A DNA stretch of 41,939 nt from Mycobacterium sp. (lineage in GTDB: Bacteria > Actinomycetota > Actinomycetes > Mycobacteriales > Mycobacteriaceae). The notes beneath the pieces were generated by a model. It was not told the origin of the DNA, made no database searches, and saw only the letters and a list, made by a program, of their open reading frames with translations. A program made the translations under genes and the position numbers. The stretch is from the NCBI GenBank assembly GCA_040511335.1, contig JBEVHG010000195.1, forward strand, positions 1-41,939, written 5' to 3'. Below, piece after piece: positions 1-12,827 of this stretch (the stretch's first letter is position 1; each line of letters starts with the position of its first letter).

Positions 1-894
1 TACAGCCTGGCGACCTCGGCGGCGCTGAACTGTCTCGACAAGGCGCAACGGACGGCCGCGTCGGTCGACGTGGTGATCAGCTGCAGCATCACGAAGTTCC
101 GCGGCGGCCTGACGCAGTGGGTGGAACCGACCATGAGCAGCGCCGTCGCTCGCGCGATCGGGGCCGCTCAGGCGATGACCTTCGACCTGTCGAACGCGTG
201 CGCCGGAATGCTGACAGGTGTCACTGTCGCGAACAATTGGATCCGGCAGGGAACCGTGGAGCGCGCGCTGGTGGTCAGCGGCGAGTACATCTCCCAGCTG
301 GGCCGGAACGCGGCCCGGCACATCCGCAACATCATGAGTAAAGAGCTTGCCTCGCTGACACTCGGCGACGCGGGAGCCGCCCTTATGCTCGAGCGCGCTC
401 CCGCCGGGTCGGCTGGGGTCAGCCTTGCCGGCTTCACCACGGTCGCGGATTACAGTCGACTCTGTCTTGGCTACCCGAAGGGACACGATCCCGGTGCCCG
501 CATGTTCACCGACGCCAGGGGCATCCATCGGGCAGCGATGTCAAACACCCCACTACTGCTGCATGAAGTCCTTGAGGCAGAAGGTATCTCGATGCACGAC
601 ATCGATCACGTGATCACCCATCAAACCTCCGCCCGCGCGATACGCAAGGGCATGGCCAAGGTTTCCGCAGCATTTGGCGAGGGACCCCGGCACGACGCCG
701 TCATCACCGTCGACCGGTACGGCAACACCGCATCGACCACCCACACCGTGGCCCTTGTCGAAGAACTCGAAGCAGGACATATCAGACCCGGTGAAACGAT
801 CGCGCTGATCGCTTTGGCATCCGGGCTGGAGATCGGCATCGTTCTGCTGACCCTCGACGACGATCTGGTAAGTCGCTATGGGCACGGTCATTGA
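1..894 (+). CDS. 3-oxoacyl-ACP synthase III (FabH-like) family protein, 5'-truncated by window edge
   Basis: Frame is open from base 1; intact KAS III triad motifs FDLSNACAG (Cys), HQTS (His), GNTAS (Asn), plus GDAGAA. Confidence 0.88.
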   Translation, partial: YSLATSAALNCLDKAQRTAASVDVVISCSITKFRGGLTQWVEPTMSSAVARAIGAAQAMTFDLSNACAGMLTGVTVANNWIRQGTVERALVVSGEYISQLGRNAARHIRNIMSKELASLTLGDAGAALMLERAPAGSAGVSLAGFTTVADYSRLCLGYPKGHDPGARMFTDARGIHRAAMSNTPLLLHEVLEAEGISMHDIDHVITHQTSARAIRKGMAKVSAAFGEGPRHDAVITVDRYGNTASTTHTVALVEELEAGHIRPGETIALIALASGLEIGIVLLTLDDDLVSRYGHGH

Positions 895-1753
895 TCGCAT
901 CGACGTCAGCCGGGCCGGCTGGCGCGGCCGTCACAGCGCACTGCATCTCGCCGTCGCGGCGGCCAGGACCTGCCTGCGGGAGGCCGGACGCGACGCCCGC
1001 CACGTCGACCTGCTGATCAACGCCGGAATCTACCGGGACCGCAACCTCGGAGAACCAGCCCTTGCTGCCCTGATTCAGGACGACATCGGGGCCAACCCCG
1101 AGGATCCGCACCACAACGCTCACGGCACATTCTCTTTCGACATCACAAACGGAAGCTGTGGGATTCTCACCGCGCTGCAGATCGTCGACGGCTTCCTGAA
1201 ATCAGAGGCGATCGCCTGCGCCCTGATCGTGGCCAGTGATGCCAATCCGGGACATGGGATGAGTGAGCACTTCCCGTTCTCTCCCGTCGGGGCGGCGGTG
1301 TTGTGTAGTTGGGTCGACGACGACTGCGGCCTCGAGCCTGTCTTCTGGACCAACCGTCGCGATGAGGGCGAAAACTTCAGCGCCACAGTCGGACTCGTAG
1401 ACCGGCGCAACGTACTCCGGTTCAGCGAATCGGCCGTCATGGACCAACGCCTGGCCGAGGCCGCGGCCCAGGTCGCCGACGAGTGCCTGCGCGACTCGTC
1501 GCTCGGGCTCGCCGATGTTGACATGATCGTCGCCGCCCCGGCGAGGCGGGAATACCGCGCCGCCCTGGCCAGTCGTCTCGGTGTACCGGTCGAGCGGATC
1601 ACCGTCGCGAGCGACGAGAAGACACATACCGCCAGCCTGGCCGCAGCACTCGACCGGTCGGCTGACCAGATCCCGGGCGGAGGCCGCGTCCTGCTCATTG
1701 CCGCTGGCGCAGGAGTCACCGCCGGCGCCGCACTCTACCGTCAGCCCTCGTAA
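878..1753 (+). CDS. Second KAS III-fold protein with degenerate catalytic triad
   Basis: Overlaps upstream gene by 17 nt; FDITNGSCG, ALIVASD, C-terminal LLIAAGAG typical of the thiolase fold; no HQ or GN motifs. Confidence 0.75.
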   Translation: MGTVIDRIDVSRAGWRGRHSALHLAVAAARTCLREAGRDARHVDLLINAGIYRDRNLGEPALAALIQDDIGANPEDPHHNAHGTFSFDITNGSCGILTALQIVDGFLKSEAIACALIVASDANPGHGMSEHFPFSPVGAAVLCSWVDDDCGLEPVFWTNRRDEGENFSATVGLVDRRNVLRFSESAVMDQRLAEAAAQVADECLRDSSLGLADVDMIVAAPARREYRAALASRLGVPVERITVASDEKTHTASLAAALDRSADQIPGGGRVLLIAAGAGVTAGAALYRQPS

Positions 1754-1760
1754 CGGCTGA

Positions 1761-3800
1761 TTACAGGCCCGTCGGATACGTCTCGGGAGTCTCGCCCTCG
1801 ATCCACACACTGGTGGGTTCGAGGGGCTCGAGGGCTCCGGTGCGTTCGATGTGGATCATCGCGTCGAACTGGTCGGCGGGCCGAACGTGGTAATAGTGGC
1901 TCTGCCGCTCGGTCTGCGGCAGGTAGATCACGCCGATGGCGCGAGCCAATCGAACCACCGATAACGGTTCCGCGGCCGCGTGGCTGATCATGGGCGACAC
2001 CAGGAATGCCGACCTACCGGTCTCGTGGAACAGCTCTTCGACGCTGCCGTTCAGGGCTGGCCGGACGACCTTGCGTTCGGCGATGCCGCCCCATTCACTG
2101 GCGGCGGTGACCGTGCCGGTGTAGGTGCTGAACCCGATGAGGCGGCAATCCTCACCGTATCGCTCCCGGACGAGCTGGCCCAACGTGAGCTGGCCGTCCG
2201 CCCCGACTTCGGTCGCACGCGCGTCACCGACGTGAGAGTTGTGTGCCCACACCACGATTCGTGCCGGCTCGGTGCCGCCTTGGCGATCCAGGTGCGCGAA
2301 GAGCGCCGTCAGGGTCTGCGCCATGTGCTTGTCGCGCAGATTCCACGAGGTGACCCGGCCGCCAAACATCGCGCGGTAGTACACCTCCGCATCGCGGACG
2401 GTCTGGGCATTCTGCTGGGCGTAGAACGCCTCGTCCTCGGCGAGCAGCCCGTCACGGCGGACGATCTCCATTGCGTTGCGCTGCATGTCGACAAGTTGCT
2501 CGATCGCCTGGCGCTCACATGACAAACCCGCGCCGAATGCCGCGGCGAATCCGTATGCCTGGCCGTCGTCGGCAGAAGTGTGGTCGAAGCAGGCATAGCG
2601 ATCCCGGGCCCGGGCGGCCGCACGCGGGTCGACCTTGTCCAAATAGGCGATCACTTCGCGCATCGAGCGGTGCAGGCTGTACAGGTCCAAACCGTAGAAA
2701 CCGGTGTGCCGATTACCCTGCGAATGCTGGTTGTGCCAACGCAGCCAATCCACAAAATCCCGAACCACGACATTGCGCCACATCCAGGCGGGAAAGCGCT
2801 CGAATCCGCTCAGCGCCTCATCGGCGGAGCTGTCGCCGCCGAGTCCACGAACATAGCGGTTCACTCGGTAGGCGTCGGACCAGTCGGCCTCTGCGGCGAC
2901 GGCGCAGAAGCCCTTTTCTTCGATCAGCAACTTGGTTATGGCGGCGCGCGCTTCGTAGAATTCGTGTGTGCCGTGCGAGCTCTCGCCGATCAGTACGATT
3001 CGCGCGTCGCCGATCAGCTCCTCCAAAGCCTCCGTCGGGGGCATACCGGCCGGCGCGTCCACGGCGGCACGGTTGATCACGTCGGCGGCGGTCTCCTCGG
3101 TCCGCAGTTCCCGCGTCGCCACCCCCGTCGTGGGAGTGGCAAGGAACTCACGGACCTCTTGGTCGCTGACTTGCCGGAAGTCCCAGAATGATTCGCCAAC
3201 CGCGAGGAAGGGAGTGGGCATCGTCGCGCACACGATGTCGTCGACAATCCCCGCGAATTCTCGGCAGGTCGACTCCGGGGCCGCCGGTACTGCGATGACG
3301 ATCTGCGCCGGTTCGGCTTCCCGCAATGCCTGCACCGCGGCGAGCATGCTGGCCCCGGTCGCGAGCCCGTCATCGACGAGGATGACCGTCTTACCCGTCA
3401 CGTCGGCGGGCGGGCGACCATCGCGATAGGCGGCCTCACGTCGCAGCAGTTCACGTCCCTCGTATTCGGCGACATCACGCAACTGCTGCGGCGTGACTCG
3501 CAACGCCCGCAATACATCGTCGTTGACCACCACTCGGCCACCACTGGCCAAGGCGCCCATCGCGAACTCTTCATGGCCGGGTGCGCCCAGCTTGCGCACG
3601 ATGAACGTATCCAGCGGAACTCCCAGGGCCGCAGCCACTTCCCACGCGACGGGAACCCCGCCACGGGCCAGACCCAGCACCACGACATCCTTCTTGCCGC
3701 GGTACGCACTCAACAGATCGGCCAATACGCGGCCCGCCTCACGGCGGTCACGAAAGACCCGCCTCGGGGCACCTCGCATCAGGCCCGGCGCTGATGTCAT
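1761..3800 (-). CDS. Phosphoribosyltransferase + erythromycin esterase-family fusion (Rv2030c-like dormancy protein)
   Basis: PRT motifs LARGGVPV and [11 protein letters not shown], then [22 protein letters not shown]; ATG at 3800 after GGAG. Confidence 0.9.
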   Translation of the reverse strand: MTSAPGLMRGAPRRVFRDRREAGRVLADLLSAYRGKKDVVVLGLARGGVPVAWEVAAALGVPLDTFIVRKLGAPGHEEFAMGALASGGRVVVNDDVLRALRVTPQQLRDVAEYEGRELLRREAAYRDGRPPADVTGKTVILVDDGLATGASMLAAVQALREAEPAQIVIAVPAAPESTCREFAGIVDDIVCATMPTPFLAVGESFWDFRQVSDQEVREFLATPTTGVATRELRTEETAADVINRAAVDAPAGMPPTEALEELIGDARIVLIGESSHGTHEFYEARAAITKLLIEEKGFCAVAAEADWSDAYRVNRYVRGLGGDSSADEALSGFERFPAWMWRNVVVRDFVDWLRWHNQHSQGNRHTGFYGLDLYSLHRSMREVIAYLDKVDPRAAARARDRYACFDHTSADDGQAYGFAAAFGAGLSCERQAIEQLVDMQRNAMEIVRRDGLLAEDEAFYAQQNAQTVRDAEVYYRAMFGGRVTSWNLRDKHMAQTLTALFAHLDRQGGTEPARIVVWAHNSHVGDARATEVGADGQLTLGQLVRERYGEDCRLIGFSTYTGTVTAASEWGGIAERKVVRPALNGSVEELFHETGRSAFLVSPMISHAAAEPLSVVRLARAIGVIYLPQTERQSHYYHVRPADQFDAMIHIERTGALEPLEPTSVWIEGETPETYPTGL

Positions 3801-3829
3801 TGCTCTACTCCGTCCCGTTGTCCGGCACA

Positions 3830-4114
3830 TCAGTGCAGGGATGTCACCGGTTCGTTGGTGACGGCTTCGATGTCGTGCGCCGTCACACTCAACAGTCGAC
3901 GGGCCAGATCGGATAGGGCGCGGGCCACGGCGAGTTCGTCACCGATGTCAGTGACATCGCGGTCGGCCGGATTGCGCCTGGCCAGACCGACGCCCACAGA
4001 CTCTTGGTCCCGCCAGCGCAACCGCGCCTTGGCCCGGGTGTGGCCGTCGTGTTCGTCGATCGACATGTCCACGGTCCAGTGCTTTAAGACATGCCCTGGC
4101 TGCTCGCTGCTCAT
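3830..4114 (-). CDS. DUF1876 / dsRBD-fold small protein (Rv1738/Rv2632c-like)
   Basis: [11 protein letters not shown]...[14 protein letters not shown] signature; GGAG RBS. Confidence 0.85.
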   Translation of the reverse strand: MSSEQPGHVLKHWTVDMSIDEHDGHTRAKARLRWRDQESVGVGLARRNPADRDVTDIGDELAVARALSDLARRLLSVTAHDIEAVTNEPVTSLH

Positions 4115-4166
4115 TGCTGTCTCCTCCGGGATTGGCGCGAGCTGCCGGGGAGCTGCTCGCGCTGGG

Positions 4167-4598
4167 CTAGTTCGTGGACTGGACCTTCACGTGCCTCTCG
4201 GCGGGTTTAGCTTCGGTCACCGGCACCGAGACGGTCAGGATGCCCTTGTCGTAGCTCGCCTTGATGGCGTCCTCGTCGGCTCCTGCGGGCAGCGTGACGG
4301 AGCGGATGAACGAGCCGTAGGAGAATTCCGAGCGTCCGTTTGCTTCCTTCGTCTCGGTGCGCTCGGCCTTGATCGTCAACACACCGTCACGAACCGTGAT
4401 GTCGACGTCCTTGTCCGGATCGACCCCGGGAATCTCGGCACGAACCTGGTAATTGCCTTCCTTCATCTCGTCCTCGACGCGAATCATGTGCGTGTCGAAC
4501 GGCGGACGCAGGCCCGACCACGACGGAACGCCGGAGAACAGCTCGGAGATGTCCGGCCAGAATGACCGCGGATGGTGTTGCGCCGGAAGTTTGCTCAT
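4167..4598 (-). CDS. hspX: Alpha-crystallin small heat-shock protein HspX (Acr)
   Basis: 143 aa from ATG 4598 after AAGGAGG; [46 protein letters not shown]. Confidence 0.93.
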   Translation of the reverse strand: MSKLPAQHHPRSFWPDISELFSGVPSWSGLRPPFDTHMIRVEDEMKEGNYQVRAEIPGVDPDKDVDITVRDGVLTIKAERTETKEANGRSEFSYGSFIRSVTLPAGADEDAIKASYDKGILTVSVPVTEAKPAERHVKVQSTN

Positions 4599-4660
4599 TA
4601 TGCCTCCTTGGATCGAATGAACCTTCCACGCTTTATCCGACACCGTCGCCAAAGGCACGA

Positions 4661-4702
4661 ATAGGGCCTGAAGTCCCCGCCTATGGGGCCGTTCGTCGGC
4701 CA
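4661..4702. promoter_or_regulatory. DosR-box pair, hspX-proximal
   Basis: ATAGGGCCTGAAGTCCCCGC (4661-4680) and weaker ATGGGGCCGTTCGTCGGCCA (4683-4702). Confidence 0.75.
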
Positions 4703-4763
4703 CCCTGACACCCGGCGAGATGCTCGTCACGGAGCCGGGCCGGTTACCTGCCGGTGAACACCG

Positions 4764-4805
4764 GCGAGGACCTTTGGCACTTATCAATGGGACTCAAGTA
4801 CCCTG
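4764..4805. promoter_or_regulatory. DosR-box pair, hydrogenase-proximal
   Basis: GCGAGGACCTTTGGCACTTA (4764-4783) and AATGGGACTCAAGTACCCTG (4786-4805). Confidence 0.75.
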
Positions 4806-4837
4806 CATCCGCCCCCGGGTAGGGGCACGATGGGCCC

Positions 4838-5932
4838 ATGAGCAGTGCGGTGATCGACGCCGCGGGATTGCAGCAACTCGTGTCCACGCTGATCGACCGG
4901 GGATACCGCGTGGTCGGCCCCACGGTGTCGGACAACGCAATCGTGCTGGCCGAGTTGACCTCCGCCGACGATCTGCCGCAAGGCTGGGGGGTGGACGTCG
5001 GTCCCGGTCACTACCGGCTGCGCCGACGCGACGACGATGCGTTGTTCGGTCATTCGGCCGGCCCGCAGTCGTGGAAGCAGTTCCTGCACCCGCCCCGGCA
5101 GAAGTTGTGGTCGTCCGACGGTGCCGAGCCGGAAGAGACGCCGCGGTATGCGTTCATCGGTGTGCGGGCCTGCGACCTGTCGGCGATCGCCATGCTCAAC
5201 GGCGTCCTGGGCGAGGGCGCATTTCCCGACCATGGTTTCGTGGGACGGCTACGGCGAATCTTCGTGGTGGCGGTCAACTGCACCGAACCGGGCGGGCTGT
5301 GCTTCTGCGCGTCGATGGGAACCGGACCCGCGGTCGGGCCAGGCTACGACCTCGCACTGACCGAACGGGTCGGTCGTCGGTATGTCGTCGATGTGGGCAG
5401 CGAAGACGGTGCCGCGGTGCTGGCACAGCTGCCGCACCGCGACGCTGCCACGGCCGAGATCGACTCGGCGCGAAGCGACGTCAGCGAGGCAGCGCACCAC
5501 ATGGGCCGGCAGATGCCCTCCGGCGACCTGCGGCAGCTGCTGATCGACTCGCGGGAGTCGCCGCACTGGGACGAAGTCGCCAGTCGGTGCCTGACCTGCG
5601 GAAACTGCACCATGGCGTGCCCCACCTGCTTCTGCACCAGCGTCGAAGACGTCACCGATCTCACCGGGGACCACGCCGAACGCTGGATGCAGTGGGCGTC
5701 GTGCTTCGAGTTCGACTTCACCTTCGTGCACGAAGGCAGCGTCCGGCAATCCGGGCCGTCGCGATACCGGCACTGGATCACCCACAAGCTCGGCACCTGG
5801 CACGACCAGTTCGGCACCACAGGATGCGTGGGCTGCGGGCGCTGTATCGCTTGGTGTCCCACCGGGATTGACATCACCGAGGAGATGAACACTCTCGCCG
5901 AGGAGCGTCGAGCGGAGTCGGCCGATGACTGA
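4838..5932 (+). CDS. hyhB: Group 3b [NiFe]-hydrogenase (sulfhydrogenase) beta subunit, 4Fe-4S dicluster
   Basis: CLTCGNCTMACPTCFC and GCVGCGRCIAWCP ferredoxin motifs; GVRACDL. Confidence 0.9.
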   Translation: MSSAVIDAAGLQQLVSTLIDRGYRVVGPTVSDNAIVLAELTSADDLPQGWGVDVGPGHYRLRRRDDDALFGHSAGPQSWKQFLHPPRQKLWSSDGAEPEETPRYAFIGVRACDLSAIAMLNGVLGEGAFPDHGFVGRLRRIFVVAVNCTEPGGLCFCASMGTGPAVGPGYDLALTERVGRRYVVDVGSEDGAAVLAQLPHRDAATAEIDSARSDVSEAAHHMGRQMPSGDLRQLLIDSRESPHWDEVASRCLTCGNCTMACPTCFCTSVEDVTDLTGDHAERWMQWASCFEFDFTFVHEGSVRQSGPSRYRHWITHKLGTWHDQFGTTGCVGCGRCIAWCPTGIDITEEMNTLAEERRAESADD

Positions 5933-6779
5933 CACCGCAACGTGGCCGGCGCCGTCCTCGGCGATGGCGCCGGTGCCCTACCGGGTGTGCGACCGGGTCG
6001 CCGAGAACCGCGATTCCGCGACGCTGTCCCTCAAGCCGGTGCGCGAACCGCTACCCGCGCCGCGGCCGGGCGAGTTCATGATGATGTACGCGTTCGGGGT
6101 CGGCGAAATCGCGGTCTCCGTGAGCGGCGTGCCCACCGCCACAGACACATTCATCACCCACACGATCCGCTCGGTCGGCGCGGTGAGCCGGGCTCTGCAC
6201 GACGCGCAACCGGGAACCGTGATCGGGATGCGCGGACCGCTCGGCACCAATTGGGGTCTGGCCGACGCCGAAGGCCGTGACCTCGTCATCGTCGCCGGCG
6301 GCGTCGGACTGGCGCCGCTTCGGCCCGTTGTGCTCGGCGCACTCGCCGAACGCGACCGCTTCGGGCGAGTGACGCTGATCGTCGGCGCCCGCTCCCGCGA
6401 CGACTTCCTGTTCGGCGAGGAACTTGCCGACTGGGCACGCGGCGGCTCCATCGACGTCCATTTGACCGTCGACGTTCCGGTGCAGGGCTGGCCGGGCGAG
6501 GTCGGGTTCGTCACCGAGCCGTTGCGCCGGGTGCCGCTGCGGCCCGACCGCACCACCGCGTTCCTGTGCGGCCCCGAGCCGATGATGCGCAACGGCGCCA
6601 CCGAGTTGCTGCGAAAGGGCATGGCGGCCAGCAATATTCGGGTCTCCCTCGAACGGAATATGCAGTGTGGCATCGGTTGGTGTGGGCACTGCCAGCTGGG
6701 TCCACTGCTGTTATGCCGCGACGGGCCGGTCGTCGGCTATGACGTCGCCGAGCCGCTGCTTCGGGTCAAGGAGCTGTAG
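5925..6779 (+). CDS. hyhG: Group 3b hydrogenase gamma subunit (FAD/NAD(P)-binding, 2Fe-2S)
   Basis: [36 protein letters not shown]...CRDGPV. Confidence 0.9.
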   Translation: MTDTATWPAPSSAMAPVPYRVCDRVAENRDSATLSLKPVREPLPAPRPGEFMMMYAFGVGEIAVSVSGVPTATDTFITHTIRSVGAVSRALHDAQPGTVIGMRGPLGTNWGLADAEGRDLVIVAGGVGLAPLRPVVLGALAERDRFGRVTLIVGARSRDDFLFGEELADWARGGSIDVHLTVDVPVQGWPGEVGFVTEPLRRVPLRPDRTTAFLCGPEPMMRNGATELLRKGMAASNIRVSLERNMQCGIGWCGHCQLGPLLLCRDGPVVGYDVAEPLLRVKEL

Positions 6780-7538
6780 ATGAGCACACCGACGTTGGCC
6801 GTGTGGAAGTTCGCCTTCTGCGACGGTTGCCAGCTGACGTTGCTGGACTGCGAGGACGAACTGCTCACGATCGCCGAACAGGTGCAGATCGCCACCTTTC
6901 TCGAAGCCTCCAGCGCGATCGTCGGCGGACCCTACGACGTGTCACTCGTGGAGGGTTCGATCACCACCGGCGCCGACGAGCGCCGCATCAAGGAAATCCG
7001 CGAGCAGTCCAAGGTCCTGGTCACGATCGGCGCGTGTGCCACCGCGGGCGGCGTGCAGGCCCTGCGCAACTTCGCCGACGTCGACGAATTCGCTTCGGTC
7101 GTCTACGCCAAGCCCGAGTACATCGAGACGCTGGCGACCTCCACGCCGTCGTCGGCGCACGTCAAGGTCGACTACCAACTGCAGGGCTGCCCGATCGACC
7201 GCGGCCAGTTGCTCGACACCCTCGCCGCCCTGCTGGTCGGGCGCAAACCCCGGCTGCCGGCCAAGACGGTGTGCACCGAATGCAAGAACCGCGGGGTGAC
7301 GTGCGTGGTCGTTGCCGAGGACATCCCGTGCCTGGGTCCGGTGACGCACGCCGGATGTGGGGCGTTGTGCCCGTCGTATCACCGCGGCTGCTACGGCTGC
7401 TTCGGTCCCGCCGCCACGCCCAATACCGCCGCGCTGATCCCGCTGCTGCGCCGCGACGGCATGTCCGGCGGCGACGTGGACCGGGTGTTCTCGACGTTCA
7501 ACGTCGCCACTTTCGCCGCCGAGCGGAACGACAGGTGA
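6780..7538 (+). CDS. hyhS: Group 3b hydrogenase small (delta) subunit
   Basis: [25 protein letters not shown]...C...[22 protein letters not shown]. Confidence 0.92.
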   Translation: MSTPTLAVWKFAFCDGCQLTLLDCEDELLTIAEQVQIATFLEASSAIVGGPYDVSLVEGSITTGADERRIKEIREQSKVLVTIGACATAGGVQALRNFADVDEFASVVYAKPEYIETLATSTPSSAHVKVDYQLQGCPIDRGQLLDTLAALLVGRKPRLPAKTVCTECKNRGVTCVVVAEDIPCLGPVTHAGCGALCPSYHRGCYGCFGPAATPNTAALIPLLRRDGMSGGDVDRVFSTFNVATFAAERNDR

Positions 7539-8827
7539 ATCCCGAGATCCGCACCCTGACCGTCGGCGCGCTGACCCGCGTCGAAGGTGAGGGCGCGCTG
7601 CACGTCACCTTGACCGATGGTGCGGTGGACAGCGTCGAGCTGAACATCTATGAGCCGCCGCGGTTTTTCGAGGCATTCCTGCGTGGCCGGGCCTACACCG
7701 AGCCACCGGACATCACCGCGCGGGTGTGCGGCATTTGCCCGGTCGCCTATCAAGTGAGTGCCTGCAATGCGATCGAAGACGCATGTGGCGTGACCGTCGA
7801 CCCGGAGCTGGTGTCGCTGCGGCGGTTGCTGTACTGCGGGGAATGGATTCACAGTCACGCGTTACACATTGTGCTGCTGCATGCACCGGATTTTCTGGGC
7901 TACCCGGACGGGATCAGCCTCGCCAGGGAGCGCCCGGAGTTCATCGAACGTGGGTTGGCCTTGAAGAAGTCCGGGAACCGGCTGATGGAGCAGATCGGCG
8001 GGCGGGCCATCCACCCGATCAACGTCCGGTTGGGCGGCTTCTACTCGGTGCCTACCCGCGCGGACCTCGAGCCGCTGGCCGAGCAGCTGCGCCGCGCGCT
8101 CGATGACGCCCTGTCGATGGTGCGCTGGGTCGCCGAATTCGATTTTCCCGAGGCGGAGTTCGACCACGAGTTGCTGGCGCTGACCTCCCCGAACCTCTAT
8201 CCCATCGAGAACGGGACGATCCGGCGCAGCGCCGGACCGGCATTCGCCGTCGCCGAATTCGGCGACCACGTCGTCGAGTCGCAGGTGCAGCACTCCACCG
8301 CGCTGCACGCCACGCTGGACGGCGCACGCTACCTGACCGGCCCGCTGGCCCGGTACTCGCTGAACTTCGCACACCTATCACCGATCGCCCGGCAGGCGGC
8401 GACCGAGGCGGGGCTGGGCGCCGAGTGCCGAAATCCGTTCCGCAGCATTGTGGTTCGTGCCGTCGAGGTGGTCTATGCGATCGAGGAGGCGCTGCGCATC
8501 ATCGGCGAGTACGAGCGCCCGGCGCGTCCGTTCGTCGACGTGCCGGCCCGCGCCGGCGTCGGCCACGGGGTCAGCGAGGCGCCGCGCGGGCTGCTGTACC
8601 ACCGCTACGAGATCGGCGACGACGGCCTGGTACGGGCCGCGACGATCGTGCCGCCCACCGCGCAGAATCAGGCCGCCATCGAGCACGAAATGGCAGAGCT
8701 GGTCGCCGCCAACCTGTCGCTCGACGACGCGACGCTAACGTCATTGTGCGAGAAGTCTATTCGCAACCACGACCCGTGCATCTCGTGCTCGGCTCACTTC
8801 CTGACGCTGACGATCGAGCGTCGTTGA
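7535..8827 (+). CDS. hyhL: Group 3b [NiFe]-hydrogenase large (alpha) subunit
   Basis: GTG start overlapping hyhS stop (GTGA); TRVEGEG, L1 [16 protein letters not shown]2 DPCISCSAH plus cleavable tail FLTLTIERR. Confidence 0.93.
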   Translation: MNPEIRTLTVGALTRVEGEGALHVTLTDGAVDSVELNIYEPPRFFEAFLRGRAYTEPPDITARVCGICPVAYQVSACNAIEDACGVTVDPELVSLRRLLYCGEWIHSHALHIVLLHAPDFLGYPDGISLARERPEFIERGLALKKSGNRLMEQIGGRAIHPINVRLGGFYSVPTRADLEPLAEQLRRALDDALSMVRWVAEFDFPEAEFDHELLALTSPNLYPIENGTIRRSAGPAFAVAEFGDHVVESQVQHSTALHATLDGARYLTGPLARYSLNFAHLSPIARQAATEAGLGAECRNPFRSIVVRAVEVVYAIEEALRIIGEYERPARPFVDVPARAGVGHGVSEAPRGLLYHRYEIGDDGLVRAATIVPPTAQNQAAIEHEMAELVAANLSLDDATLTSLCEKSIRNHDPCISCSAHFLTLTIERR

Positions 8828-9240
8828 AGCGCTTGGTCATCGGCATCGGCAACAGCTACCGCCGTGACGACGGCGTAGGGCTTGTCGTGGCCGACGAAAT
8901 CGCCAAGCGCGACCTTCCCGGTGTGCGGGTGATGACCGCGATCGGTGAACCCGGGGCGATCCTCGATGCCTGGAGCGGCGCCCCGCTGGCGGTCGTGGTC
9001 GATGCGGCGATGAGCGAGGGCTCGAGGCCAGGGCGACTCCGACGCTGGACGGCTGGGGACGTGCCCGAATCGGCGGTCGTGAGTTCCCATTCGTTCGGTC
9101 TGCCGCGGACCTACGCTCTGGGCGAAGCACTCGCGCGAATACCCGAAAGGCTTGTCGTGTTCACCGTCGACATCGCTGACGCCGGTCACGGCGAGGGCCT
9201 CACACCCGCGGTCGCCGCGGCCGTGCCGGAGGTGGTCTAA
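8824..9240 (+). CDS. Hydrogenase maturation endopeptidase (HycI/HyaD family); possibly 3'-truncated by a premature TAA
   Basis: TTG start overlapping hyhL stop; IGIGNSYRRDDGVG, VVVDA, SSHSFG, GLTPAV. Confidence 0.88.
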   Translation: MKRLVIGIGNSYRRDDGVGLVVADEIAKRDLPGVRVMTAIGEPGAILDAWSGAPLAVVVDAAMSEGSRPGRLRRWTAGDVPESAVVSSHSFGLPRTYALGEALARIPERLVVFTVDIADAGHGEGLTPAVAAAVPEVV

Positions 9241-9433
9241 GCGATCCTGGGCGAACTCTGCCGGTGAACCGCGCGACTGTGCGGTCTCGTACGGGACAAT
9301 GCCCCGGGCGGACGTATCAATCCGCACAGTCGAGGCGACTGGTTAGGCGGCAGGCCACCCGGAGCAGTCCTATTCACACCTAAGGTCGACTACAGATAAC
9401 CAGCGCCGACTATGCGCGCGCCAACGAGGCCTT

Positions 9434-9473
9434 GCAGGGCCGATTGTCCTTGTCCTGAATCTAAAGCCCCGCG
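9434..9473. promoter_or_regulatory. DosR-box pair upstream of the A/V-ATPase operon
   Basis: GCAGGGCCGATTGTCCTTGT (9434-9453) followed by CCTGAATCTAAAGCCCCGCG (9454-9473). Confidence 0.62.
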
Positions 9474-9593
9474 GTCTAGGCGCCGTCTCGGCCCCGGGGC
9501 GTGGTTGTTACTTGAACCGGATCGATTCCTGGCATCGTCACGCGCCGAACATGTCGCCCCGAGGATAATGGCGGTGGTCGTAAGGAGGGTGCC

Positions 9594-10055
9594 GTGCCGC
9601 AATGGCGGGATTTCTTGGAGCGCTTCCGTCCGGCGGGCACGCCCGGTGCGGCGGCGCGACCCGGCGTGCCGGCGGATCGCAGCGCCGATGCGGCGGCGGA
9701 GCTGACTCCGCTGCTCGTCCTGCTCGACGACACCCAGGATGAGGTGCAGGGCATTCGCCGCGAGGCGGACGAACGCGCCGAGGAGATCCGCCGCGCCGCG
9801 CAGCGACAGGCGGACGAGATTGTGGCCCGGGCGCGTGTGGAGGCCGAAAGCGTACGGGCGCAGACCGAGGCGAAAGCCCATAGCGACGCCGCCGCGGCGT
9901 GGTCGGAAATGCAAGTCGAAACCACTGCCGATATCGACCGCATGCAGGCTCGGGTGGCCGACCGGATGCCTCGCTACGTCGACGAGGTCGTGGCAGTGGC
10001 GCGGGAGTGGCTCGACCAGTCGCCGCAGCGACCCACCGCGGTGACCGAGACGTGA
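9594..10055 (+). CDS. A/V-type ATPase peripheral-stalk subunit (G/H-like)
   Basis: AAGGAGG RBS; Ala/Glu/Arg-rich coiled coil (IRREADERAEEIRRAAQRQADEIVARAR); first gene of the operon. Confidence 0.65.
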   Translation: MPQWRDFLERFRPAGTPGAAARPGVPADRSADAAAELTPLLVLLDDTQDEVQGIRREADERAEEIRRAAQRQADEIVARARVEAESVRAQTEAKAHSDAAAAWSEMQVETTADIDRMQARVADRMPRYVDEVVAVAREWLDQSPQRPTAVTET

Positions 10056-10961
10056 GCACGAAATGGGTCGCGGGCAATGTCCGCGCCAAGGCGCTGCTGA
10101 GCCGACGGCTGGGTGCCGGACGGGCACGTGAGGTCGCGGCGATGGGTTCCCTGGCCGAGGCGCAGCATGCCCTTGCCGATAGCCCCTACGGTCAAGGCGT
10201 GCTGGTCGGGCAGGCCCTCGCCGAGACCGAACATGCTGTGACGACGACACCGCTGTGGCATCTGCGCGTGCTGGCCGGCTGGCAACCCCGTGAGGGCGCC
10301 GAAGCGATCCGCTCGCTCGCCGGCGGCTTCGAAGTGGCCAACATCGCGGCGCATGCCCGGTGTCTGGCCGGCGCGGCACCGGAACCGATGTTCGCCCTCG
10401 GCGCGCTGGCCACGGCCTGGTCGCGGCTGCGCGAGACCTCGTCGCTCGCGGACCTGCGGAGCACCCTGTCGCACTCGCTGTGGGGCGATCCGGGTGGTGA
10501 CTCACCGTCGGACATCGCGCTCGGCGCGCAGATCGCCTGGGGCGTGCGGGTGGCCACCACGGTGCGGGAGACCTCCTCGTGGGCCGGCGGCGCCCTGGCT
10601 TTACTGGTCGCCCGCCGCAGGCTCCTGCAGCGACGGCAGCTGCCCGACCATCTCGCGGTCCGCGCCGCGCGGGTCTTGGGTGCGGCCGCGTTCGCCAGCC
10701 ATGATCTGGCGTCGTTCGCCGCGGCGCTGCCCGCGCGGGCTCGCTGGGCACTCGCCGGCGTCAACGACATCGATGAGCTGTGGCGGGGTGAGGTCGGGTG
10801 GTGGTCTCACCTGGAAGGTGACGGATTCCGGTTGCTCGGCCAGCCGGGATACTCCCGCGCGCGCACGATTGGGGCGGCCGCCGTGCTGGCGACGGATGCA
10901 TGGCGGTGTCGCGCCGCGCTGCAACTCGCCGCCCGCGGCGGCGGGCCCATGGACGTCTACG

Positions 10962-10975
<14 letters not shown>
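10052..10975 (+). CDS. A/V-type ATPase subunit C (d)-like, divergent
   Basis: GTGA-coupled; N-terminal GNVRAKALLSRRL resembles the 'NARxRA...LL' start of subunit C, plus LADSPYG; 307 aa; operon position. Confidence 0.6.
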
Positions 10976-12826
<1,851 letters not shown>

Positions 12827-12827
12827 C

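Noticed and set aside
1761-3800. Erythromycin resistance determinant
   Set aside because: The domain belongs to the Rv2030c-like dormancy fusion; nothing in the sequence supports macrolide esterase activity.
4599-4787. 206-aa extended hspX
   Set aside because: The extension covers the promoter and DosR boxes; a strong RBS precedes ATG 4598.
6803-7534. N-terminal 244 aa of the 674-aa ORF as a hydrogenase large-subunit fusion
   Set aside because: Arg-rich off-frame overlap with hyhS; the real start is GTG 7535.
10290-10961. 705-aa version of subunit I
   Set aside because: The extension is an off-frame shadow of the subunit C-like gene; the plausible start is ATG 10962.
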